From: Candidatus Shapirobacteria bacterium
GTDB taxonomy: Bacteria > Patescibacteriota > Microgenomatia > UBA12405 > BS750m-G30
NCBI GenBank assembly: GCA_016783425.1
Contig: JADHWP010000002.1
Location: 1 to 44,227, forward strand
Length of the DNA: 44,227 bases
Direction of reading: 5' to 3'
The position numbers and the translations under genes are program-made. This document shows positions 1-7,218 of the stretch, piece by piece. The notes under the pieces were generated by a model. That model was not told the DNA's origin. It ran no database searches and saw only the letters and a program-made list of their open reading frames with translations. Each line of letters begins with the position of its first letter. Positions within the stretch are counted from its first letter, which is position 1.

Positions 1-129
1 TCCAGAGGCGGTATCAGGAGAGAACGATTATCCCTCTATCTTTCAGAATATGTTTGGCGGTATAATAACAGAGGTTTGTCGATTGATAAACAGATTAATA
101 AGTTGTTAGATTTAGTGGCAAAAACTTGA
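1..129 (+). CDS. IS1595-family transposase, C-terminal fragment (5' end outside window)
   Basis: Frame +1 reads SRGGIRRERLSLYLSEYVWRYNNRGLSIDKQINKLLDLVAKT*, matching the YLxEyxWRyN C-terminal motif of DDE_Tnp_IS1595; absent from ORF track. Confidence 0.8.
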   Translation, partial: SRGGIRRERLSLYLSEYVWRYNNRGLSIDKQINKLLDLVAKT

Positions 130-137
130 CTTTACCC
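1..137 (+). mobile_element. Right end of an IS1595-family insertion sequence
   Basis: Transposase C-terminus runs into ...AAAAACTTGACTTTACCC, a plausible right terminal IR; the left end is not in the window. Confidence 0.55.
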
Positions 138-386
138 AAAGATACGCTTTTCCCACTTGGACAATTGCCTCCTTGCCTAAAACTTTAAGAAAGTTACATA
201 CTTACCACTCACAATTATTGTCTGATCAATTTGGGGGGACAAGCCAAGTAGACGAGGAAAGAGTACAAATGGTTTTTATCACTCCCCAAAAACGAAGGGA
301 ATTTCTGGAAAGATTTGTTTAAAAACCTAATCCAGTTTAAAAATTGCCCCATTTGGCAAGCAAATTTTGGTAGAATATAAATTGAA

Positions 387-1172
387 ATGACTTCAGTGAA
401 AACAATTGCCAAAATTATTGAGGAGTTAGCTCCGCTTAAATATGCCTATGAGGGCGAAGAAAGTGGTTTTATTTGGGGAAATGAAAACAAGAGGGTTTCA
501 AAAATTGGAGTTACTTGGAGACCAACAGTTGAAGTTTTGCGAGAAGTAAAACAAGAGAAAATTGACTTGCTGGTTGTTCACGAGCCACTACTCCAGAAAA
601 AGAAGGCTTTTTTATTAGACATTTCTCAGTTAAAATTCCCGCCAAATCAGATTCGGGAGTCCCTTCTTAAAGAAACAGGCGTTCTTGTTTATCGTGCCCA
701 TTCAAACTGGGATGATGCTCCCGGAGGAAGCAATGATTCTCTTGCTAAAGTGTTAGGAATCAAGGTAACAGAGAAAATTTCCTACGGAAGAATTGGGAAG
801 ATTCAAAAGATGAGTCTCCAATCATTCGTTGAACAGGTGAAAAGCAAGCTCGGTTCTCCAAGCGCATTGGTCGTCGGTAATTTAGATGAGGAAGTGGAGA
901 TTATAGCTACAGTTGCCGGTTCAGGTAATGAAGTTATTAGCCATATGGAGTTGGCAAAACAAAAAGGAGCTGATACCTATGTTTCAGGGGATATACGAGA
1001 CTCTACGGCTCGCTTTGCCCGAGAATTAAACCTTGCCCTTATTGATGTTGGCGGTTATTATACTGAACTTCCGGGAGCAAAAAATTTGGCTAAGCTCCTT
1101 TCTAAAAAACTTAAAGAAATAGGTGTAGAAGTTATTTTTTTGGACTCAAAGCCGGCTTGGGAAGTTATTTAA
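387..1172 (+). CDS. Nif3/YbgI-like dinuclear metal centre protein
   Basis: LAP..YA...E.SG, VVHEP, HSNWD..PGG.ND.LA, GSG, YVSGD and YTE motifs; TGgTAGAAT extended -10 just upstream. Confidence 0.85.
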   Translation: MTSVKTIAKIIEELAPLKYAYEGEESGFIWGNENKRVSKIGVTWRPTVEVLREVKQEKIDLLVVHEPLLQKKKAFLLDISQLKFPPNQIRESLLKETGVLVYRAHSNWDDAPGGSNDSLAKVLGIKVTEKISYGRIGKIQKMSLQSFVEQVKSKLGSPSALVVGNLDEEVEIIATVAGSGNEVISHMELAKQKGADTYVSGDIRDSTARFARELNLALIDVGGYYTELPGAKNLAKLLSKKLKEIGVEVIFLDSKPAWEVI

Positions 1173-1250
1173 ATTCGTTCACCTTAGAGGTGATCACTTA
1201 TTCACGCCTCTGGTAAATTCATTCAAAAACATAATCTAGTCCGAAAATCT

Positions 1251-2372
1251 TCACTTTCCCCATACCCCAGGAATTTGGGCGGGGCAGTTTGGGGCTTGGC
1301 CGGCCTGGTCAATGAGATTTTTTTCAATAAAATAGCCGCGGCGCTGGATAAGGGGCTGCCGATTTTGGGGACAGTAAGTAGTGCTTCCCTCTAAATCATC
1401 AATGTTACCGGTATAAACGTAATTAAGGCCTATCTCCAGGCAAATCTTTCTCGCTTCTTTTAGAGTTTTTTCCGGAGTGGGCGGGAGATTAAGCAGTTTG
1501 TATTTAGGCCAAAAGCGGGACAGATGAAGAGGGACATCAGGGCCGAGATTATCTTTAATCCAAGTACAAAGTTGGGCAACTTCTTCTAAGTTATCAGTAA
1601 ACCCGGGAACAACAAGATGTACCAGCTCCAGCCATTTGCCCGATTGGTGAACGGTTTTAATGGTTTCCAGCACTGGTTCCAAATTGCCCTTGATTAGGGT
1701 TTGGTAGGTTTCAGCCTTGATGGATTTAAAATCAATTTTAACCGCGTCAAGATAAGGCAGGAGTTGTTTTAAGGGTTCCTGGTTAATGTAGCCGGCGGTG
1801 ATAATAACGGTTTTTAAATTATTTTGTTTGGCAAGCTTAGCAATATCAAGCATATATTCATACCAGACAGTCGGCTCATTATAGGTAAAAGCAACTGCCT
1901 CGGCCTTGGCTTTTAAAGCCTCATCCACCACCTGCTGGGGAGTCATGTCGAGTGAGGCAAGATCTTCCGGTTGGCGGTGGGCAATGTCCCAGTTTTGGCA
2001 ATATTGGCAGTCAAGATTACACCCGGCAGTAGCTAAAGAGTAAATCTTGGTTCCGGGCAGAAAATGGTAAAGCGGTTTTTTCTCAATAGGATCAACATTA
2101 ATTGATACCGGTTTACCATAAACCAGGCTATAGAGCTTGCCGTTGATATTTTCCCTTGCTTTACAAATTCCTCTTTGGCCGGGGGCTAAAACACAGCGGT
2201 TAGGACAAAGTTGACAGCGGACATTGCCATTATCTAAAGTTTCATAAAAACTGGCTTCTTTTAAATCTTGAGGATTAGGAGTTTTTTGAAAACTAGCCTT
2301 TTGTTTGATAACGACCAAAACAGAAAGGAGCACCCCAAAAATGATCACTAACAGCCCAAGATTCTTTTTCAT
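1251..2372 (-). CDS. amrS: AmmeMemoRadiSam system radical SAM enzyme with N-terminal membrane anchor
   Basis: CQLCPNRC...G.C..R, DPIEKKPLYHF, CNLDCQYC (CX3CX2C), FTYNEP; hydrophobic N-terminus LGLLVIIFGVLLSVLVVI. Confidence 0.9.
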   Translation of the reverse strand: MKKNLGLLVIIFGVLLSVLVVIKQKASFQKTPNPQDLKEASFYETLDNGNVRCQLCPNRCVLAPGQRGICKARENINGKLYSLVYGKPVSINVDPIEKKPLYHFLPGTKIYSLATAGCNLDCQYCQNWDIAHRQPEDLASLDMTPQQVVDEALKAKAEAVAFTYNEPTVWYEYMLDIAKLAKQNNLKTVIITAGYINQEPLKQLLPYLDAVKIDFKSIKAETYQTLIKGNLEPVLETIKTVHQSGKWLELVHLVVPGFTDNLEEVAQLCTWIKDNLGPDVPLHLSRFWPKYKLLNLPPTPEKTLKEARKICLEIGLNYVYTGNIDDLEGSTTYCPQNRQPLIQRRGYFIEKNLIDQAGQAPNCPAQIPGVWGK

Positions 2373-2395
2373 CTGCTTATTATATAATATCTTTA

Positions 2396-2842
2396 ATGAG
2401 CGATTTTAAGGTTTTGGCCTGGTTGGACTGTCCTTTCGAAAGAACCAATGATCCTTATCCGGGCTTGTGCGATCTTTATCTTGACACTAATCAAAACCAA
2501 ATTTGCGACCACAGCGAAGCTGGTAGTTCCTCTGTTTTTTGGTGGCTTTTTTTGCCGGCAGCCGCTTATTTTATTTACTGGTACCTGGTTAACAAAACTA
2601 GCTTGAGAAGAAAAAGAGGGTTTTTGAGCCTGGTGGGTTTTAAGTATTTTTGGAATTTGGTTCTGCTTCTCCTTTTTATCCCGGCCGGGCTTTTTGGTTT
2701 GCTCTGGGCTTTGGGAGTTAAAACCGAATTAATTTTGTCCTGGCATAATAATTTAGGAATTGTTTTTGTGGTAATTAGTCTGCTTCATATTTTTGGTCAC
2801 TTAGCCTATTTTTTAAAAACTTGGCGGATTTTTAGAAAATAA
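2396..2842 (+). CDS. Membrane protein, DUF4405-like, with N-terminal Cys/Asp motif
   Basis: DCPF..TNDPYPGLC.LYLDTNQNQICDHS followed by 3 TM helices with WH...G.......H...H pattern. Confidence 0.6.
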   Translation: MSDFKVLAWLDCPFERTNDPYPGLCDLYLDTNQNQICDHSEAGSSSVFWWLFLPAAAYFIYWYLVNKTSLRRKRGFLSLVGFKYFWNLVLLLLFIPAGLFGLLWALGVKTELILSWHNNLGIVFVVISLLHIFGHLAYFLKTWRIFRK

Positions 2843-3428
2843 TTAAGAGATTTCGGGCTACAAAATAAAAGCCGGCAATTATTCCCGCCAAGCGCCCCAT
2901 TTTTTGAATTAAAGGAAATTTAGTAAACACGCCAAAAAGAGTAGCTGGGATAAGATAAATACTGGTACCCACAAAAAAAGCCAGAAAATAAAAAAGAGAA
3001 TTAATAGCGCTTCTTAAACTAAAAACATGAGTCAAAGAAGCCATTAGCGGGGGACAGACATTAACTCCCGTTAAAAAGCCCAGTAGAAGCGGCCATTTAA
3101 TTTTTTGAAAGATTTTCAAAGAGCAGAATTTTTTATCAATTTGACCCAGGCCAAAAAGAATAAGCGTAATTCCCATCCAAAGATTAACCAGGGAAATAAT
3201 GGTGTGAATCAGCTGGCTCTGGATCTTTTGGCCAAGATAGCCGAAAGTGAGACCAAAAAGAAAATAACCGATTAGCCTGCCGGCCGAAAATTGCAAAACC
3301 AGGTAAAAGCTTTTTTTACCGCTTCTTTTTTGAGAGAAAAGGATAGGCAGAAAAACAGGCAGGCAAAGACCAAGGCAGTAAACCCCGACTGACAAACCGG
3401 TTAAAAAACCAAAAGTTAAATTTTCCAC
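2832..3428 (-). CDS. Sulfite exporter TauE/SafE or DsbD_2 family membrane protein
   Basis: CLGLCLP, GRLIGY, GFLTGVNVCPP, FFVGT motifs; about 6 TM. Confidence 0.75.
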   Translation of the reverse strand: MENLTFGFLTGLSVGVYCLGLCLPVFLPILFSQKRSGKKSFYLVLQFSAGRLIGYFLFGLTFGYLGQKIQSQLIHTIISLVNLWMGITLILFGLGQIDKKFCSLKIFQKIKWPLLLGFLTGVNVCPPLMASLTHVFSLRSAINSLFYFLAFFVGTSIYLIPATLFGVFTKFPLIQKMGRLAGIIAGFYFVARNLLIIF

Positions 3429-3502
3429 TGGTATATTTTAACCTTTTAATCTATCAAAAGCAGTTTACTAGTGGTAATTAGCGGAGTTTCTCGTGAACAA
3501 GC

Positions 3503-3540
3503 GTCATTCTGATCCCGACGTTACGTCGGGGGAAGAATCT
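3503..3540. repeat. REP-like palindromic element with nested CCCGAC-GTCGGG hairpin
   Basis: GTCATTCTGA TCCCGACGTTACGTCGGGG GAAGAATCT; shares the GTCATTCTGA end with 17929 and 24484-24509. Confidence 0.6.
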
Positions 3541-3576
3541 AGCGAAGCGTGCTTGGTAATCTGGTACAATATCTCC

Positions 3577-4149
3577 ATGACCAAGGCAGGTGAATTAAAC
3601 AAAGGATCTTTTTTAAACTGGAAAGGGGATCCGGTGGTGGTTTCAGATAAGGAGTTTTTTAATCCGGGCCGAGGCCACGCCGTAGTTCGGTTGAAATTAA
3701 AAAATTTAAAATCCGGAAGAGTGATCAAAGAGACTTTAATCACTGATGAAAAGGTCGAGGAAATTGAAGTTACCCATCAGCGTTTTCAGTTTTTATACTT
3801 TGACGGTCTTCAGGCGATTTTTATGGATCCGAAAAGTTTTGAGCAAACCCTTGTGGAACGGAAAATAATTGAGGAAGAGGAAAAATATTTAAAAGCAGGG
3901 GAAGACTATGGCTTATTGTTTTGGGAAAACAGGGTGATTGGGATCAGCTTGCCTAAAAAAACTGTTTTCAAAGTTAAAGAAACTGAAAAAGGAGTGCGGG
4001 GCGATACGGTTTCCGCGGCGACCAAACCAGCCACCTTAGATAATGGGTTGATAGTAAAAGTTCCTCTTTTTATAAAGATTGGAGAAGAAGTAATAATTAG
4101 TACGGAAACGGGTGAGTATTTAAGCCGGAAAAACCAAAAGAAGTTTTAA
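3577..4149 (+). CDS. efp: Elongation factor P
   Basis: PGRG loop, FLYFDG..FMD...FEQ, GVRGDT, KPATL..G..VKVPLFI; start moved to ATG 3577, 6 nt after TACAAT. Confidence 0.95.
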   Translation: MTKAGELNKGSFLNWKGDPVVVSDKEFFNPGRGHAVVRLKLKNLKSGRVIKETLITDEKVEEIEVTHQRFQFLYFDGLQAIFMDPKSFEQTLVERKIIEEEEKYLKAGEDYGLLFWENRVIGISLPKKTVFKVKETEKGVRGDTVSAATKPATLDNGLIVKVPLFIKIGEEVIISTETGEYLSRKNQKKF

Positions 4150-4754
4150 AACAAACTTTTTTGAGTTGGCTTTAACTCTAGGGGTTTAATTTTTTCAATT
4201 ATTTGAGGGATTTTTAGAAAATCATCTTTGAGTTGGCTCATCACTTCTCCTCTTCGAAAAGCAGCCGCCGGGTGAAAAAGAGGGTAGAGAGCCAGGTTTA
4301 AGTTTTGCCAAAGGATTTGTTTTAACTGCCCATGCATTCTGGAAATATAAGCTTGGGGAAGAAAGTAATTCATCGCAAAGCGGCCCAGGGTAATGATTAT
4401 TTTCGGCTCAATAATTAGTAGCTGCTCTTTAAGATGGGGAGTACACATCTTAATCTCCTCAGGTAGCGGATCGCGGTTATCAGGCGGGCGGTGTTTTAAG
4501 ATATTGGCCACAAATACTTCTTCCCGCTTTAAGTTAATTTCGGAGAGTAACTTATTTAAAAGATTGCCCGCCGCCCCGCAAAAAGGAATCCCTTTTTGGT
4601 CTTCCCAGTAACCCGGCGCTTCGCCAATAAATACTATCTGGGCGCTAGCGCTTCCTTGTCCGGGAACCGGGTTGGTGGCGGTTTGATAAAGGGGGCATTG
4701 CTGGCAAGTTTTTATTTTTTCGCCAATTTCCTGGAGTTTCCTGGTTTTATCCAT
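4146..4754 (-). CDS. Uracil-DNA glycosylase family 4
   Basis: CQQCPL, FIGEAPG..ED..G.PF.G.AG, KHRPPDNRDP, HPAA. Confidence 0.92.
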   Translation of the reverse strand: MDKTRKLQEIGEKIKTCQQCPLYQTATNPVPGQGSASAQIVFIGEAPGYWEDQKGIPFCGAAGNLLNKLLSEINLKREEVFVANILKHRPPDNRDPLPEEIKMCTPHLKEQLLIIEPKIIITLGRFAMNYFLPQAYISRMHGQLKQILWQNLNLALYPLFHPAAAFRRGEVMSQLKDDFLKIPQIIEKIKPLELKPTQKSLF

Positions 4755-4882
4755 TGGTTGATTTTAAAGCAATTTAAGGATTAATGCCAGGCAGTTTTTC
4801 TAAAAATCCTATAATATTGATTTTGGTAATTTAATTTGGTATTATCCTGCTTGTGAGCGAGACACCTCGAACAATAATTGGC

Positions 4883-5431
4883 ATGAGTAGGGAACGAGAT
4901 ATTTAAGGAGAGGCAGTAATACTTTTAGCGACCTATAGAGATCTTTATGAAAAAGCAAGACAGGAAAGAAATCCTGATCCTTCTGAAAATATACTCGTTG
5001 TTGGGTTACAAGACACAACAAAACCAGCAAGGGAATTTGAAAAACCAGAAAATGGTTTAGCCGTTTTACCTTGTGTTTTGATTTATTATCCTAGTGATTC
5101 GTCAACAACTGTTTTAATTAAGGCCCTTGCCCAAGTTATTAATGATCAGGGGGGAAAAACTTGGACTGATTTGACTGCTACCTTAGCCTGGGATTCTGGC
5201 TTATTAAATGGGGAGGAATCTACCTTGAAGTATTATGGGTACAGTTTTTCTAGAAAGTTTTGGTTCGGGGCAGGAAATGGAGGTTGTGAAGAAGCAGTTG
5301 CTCTCCATCAGTTGGCCGCTTCCAGGGTTAAGAGAGCAGTTGAAGAAGGCGGATATAGATTTTGTAACGACTCTCATCTTCTATGCGCTCTTGACCTTAA
5401 TAGATATTTAAACCAAGGGGGTGAAAAATGA
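4883..5431 (+). pseudogene. Hypothetical protein interrupted by in-frame TAA at codon 8 (or using a non-canonical start)
   Basis: ATG 4883, TAA 4904-4906, then open in the same frame through the called 5078..5431 ORF. Confidence 0.5.
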
Positions 5432-5601
5432 AAAGGCTTTTAATTTTTCTGCTTTGTTCATGGTATTATTCTACTATACGATTTTTAAATTTACCCTAGT
5501 ACCACATTGGGTACGGGGTTTTGCAGTTACAGCAGGATTCCCCCGAGGAGTCAAAGCCCACCTCGGGGGAGAAGCTTATTGAAAGGGGGTGAGATGAAAA
5601 A

Positions 5602-6378
5602 ATGCGAAATGAAATGAAGTCCGCCTTTGGCGGAAAAAGTAAATTGATTATTCTAGCCGCTTTAATTTTGGCTCTTTGCGTGTTTGTTTTTGTTCCGGTA
5701 AAAGTAGTTGCCCGGGAAGCAACAGACAATCTTGGGCAGATTGATTATGCTCCGCGCCTTTTACCCACCAGTCCGTTTTATTTTTTAAAAGGGATTAAAG
5801 AAAATTTTGAGTTGATATTAGCCAACACTCCGGAAAAAAAGGTAGCCAAAAGAATGGAGATTGCCAACAGGAGGCTGGTTGAGCTAAAAGCCGTAGTTGA
5901 AGAAAAGCCGGAGCTGGCGGAAAAGTTAGCTGGGCGCTACGAGCAACAACTTGAATTACTAGGCCAGGAAGTAGAGCAAGTTGCTGAAGATAAAAGGGAA
6001 GAGTTTGCCGAGCATCTAAGCGAGGTAACTTTAAAACACCAAAGTATTTTGCTTGATGTTTATCAAAAAGTTCCCGAGCAAGGTAAAAAAGGAATAGAGA
6101 ATGCCATAGAGAAAAGTATTAATGGCTATCAACGAGCGATTGAGTCGGTTTCCGAAGAAAAGCAGGTACAGATAAAAGAAAAGGTTTTGGAGAGGAAAAT
6201 GGAAGTGATCCAAAAAATGGAGAGAACGGAGGAGCGGGTTAGGCAGGAAGTGAAAGAGGGCGGGGGCGAGGGAGTTGAGGTTTTACAAAGAGTTCGTGAG
6301 CAATTGAGGGAAAGCGCGCCTCTGAAAACTGGGGTCGAGGAAGTTAATGTTCAGTTAAAGCAGATCCAAGGGCAGTAG
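5602..6378 (+). CDS. DUF5667 domain secreted protein
   Basis: Signal peptide, LLPTSPFYFLK...E, A.RRL.E, coiled-coil C-terminus. Confidence 0.8.
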   Translation: MRNEMKSAFGGKSKLIILAALILALCVFVFVPVKVVAREATDNLGQIDYAPRLLPTSPFYFLKGIKENFELILANTPEKKVAKRMEIANRRLVELKAVVEEKPELAEKLAGRYEQQLELLGQEVEQVAEDKREEFAEHLSEVTLKHQSILLDVYQKVPEQGKKGIENAIEKSINGYQRAIESVSEEKQVQIKEKVLERKMEVIQKMERTEERVRQEVKEGGGEGVEVLQRVREQLRESAPLKTGVEEVNVQLKQIQGQ

Positions 6379-6427
6379 GTTTTTCTAAAACGTGGGGTTG
6401 GGCTTATAAAGGAACTCCTGCGAGGTA

Positions 6428-6446
6428 GTCCGCCAGCTGGCGGACT
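6428..6446. repeat. Short perfect palindrome GTCCGCCAGCTGGCGGAC inside a larger hairpin
   Basis: Perfect 18-nt palindrome flanked by AGGAAC.CCT / AGG.GTTCCT. Confidence 0.55.
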
Positions 6447-6571
6447 TGAAGGTGTTCCTGCTGATTTGTTATTTTCCTGTTCGTCGAAGCTTTGGGGTTT
6501 AAATTAACCTCATAGTTAAAATTTGAATTTACTCTATGTTACAATAGCGGAAGCAGGGAGAATGGTTTGAA

Positions 6572-6796
6572 ATGAAAAAAAGAGTAAAAAAAACCAAAAA
6601 AATAGATATGATAAAAGCTATGAGCATTCCTCGATACCGGGGTAAACATGTTGTTGTTGCTGGAGGTAAGATTTTTACAGCCAAAACAGGGGAAGGGGCA
6701 TTGAAAATTTTAACTAGGGTGCGGAAAAAATATCCTGAAGAAATTCCGGCAGTTACTTATATTCCCAAGGCTGACACTTTGATTCTATGGCTTTAA
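6572..6796 (+). CDS. DUF5678-like small protein
   Basis: YRGKHVVVAGGKI...G..A....R.KYP......YIP. Confidence 0.7.
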   Translation: MKKRVKKTKKIDMIKAMSIPRYRGKHVVVAGGKIFTAKTGEGALKILTRVRKKYPEEIPAVTYIPKADTLILWL

Positions 6797-7194
6797 AATT
6801 TAAATTTAGGAAAGAAAAATCTTCACTTTTAGGAGTAATTTATCGGCCAGTAGCCCAAATGCGTTTTTGGTCCGAAAATGGAAAGTATTGGACGGAAGTA
6901 TGGGTAATTGTTGATACTGGGGCTGATTATACTTTACTGCCCCGATTTCTTGCTCAAGATTTACAAATTGATCTGGAAAAAGATTGCCGGATTTATAGCA
7001 CTTTTGGTGTTGGCGGAAGCCAGCAGGTTTATTTTTTACCAAAAATAAAAGTTAAACTGGGCCAATGGAATCGAGAAATCCCGGTTGGCTTTCTCGATAG
7101 TGATGAAATTCCTCCCCTTGCGGGCCGCCATCTTTTTCTGGAGACTTTTGGAGTTTGTTTTTCCAAGAATCATATTGTTAGTTTTAGTAAATAG
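6787..7194 (+). CDS. Retropepsin-like (clan AA) aspartyl protease
   Basis: IVDTGADYTLLP, GVGG flap, PLAGR..FL. Confidence 0.85.
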   Translation: MALKFKFRKEKSSLLGVIYRPVAQMRFWSENGKYWTEVWVIVDTGADYTLLPRFLAQDLQIDLEKDCRIYSTFGVGGSQQVYFLPKIKVKLGQWNREIPVGFLDSDEIPPLAGRHLFLETFGVCFSKNHIVSFSK

Positions 7195-7218
7195 TGATAT
7201 TTGCAAGATGGAATTTTA

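Noticed and set aside
3493..3576. N-terminal extension of EF-P from the ORF track
   Set aside because: It translates a palindromic repeat and the promoter; EF-P similarity starts at ATG 3577. The same logic applies to the called starts 17974, 23111, 10857 and 43069
5540..5570. c-di-GMP-I riboswitch (GTCAAAGCC resembles GCAAAGCC)
   Set aside because: The GGCAAAC/GNRA P2 elements are not present; kept only as an unassigned structured leader
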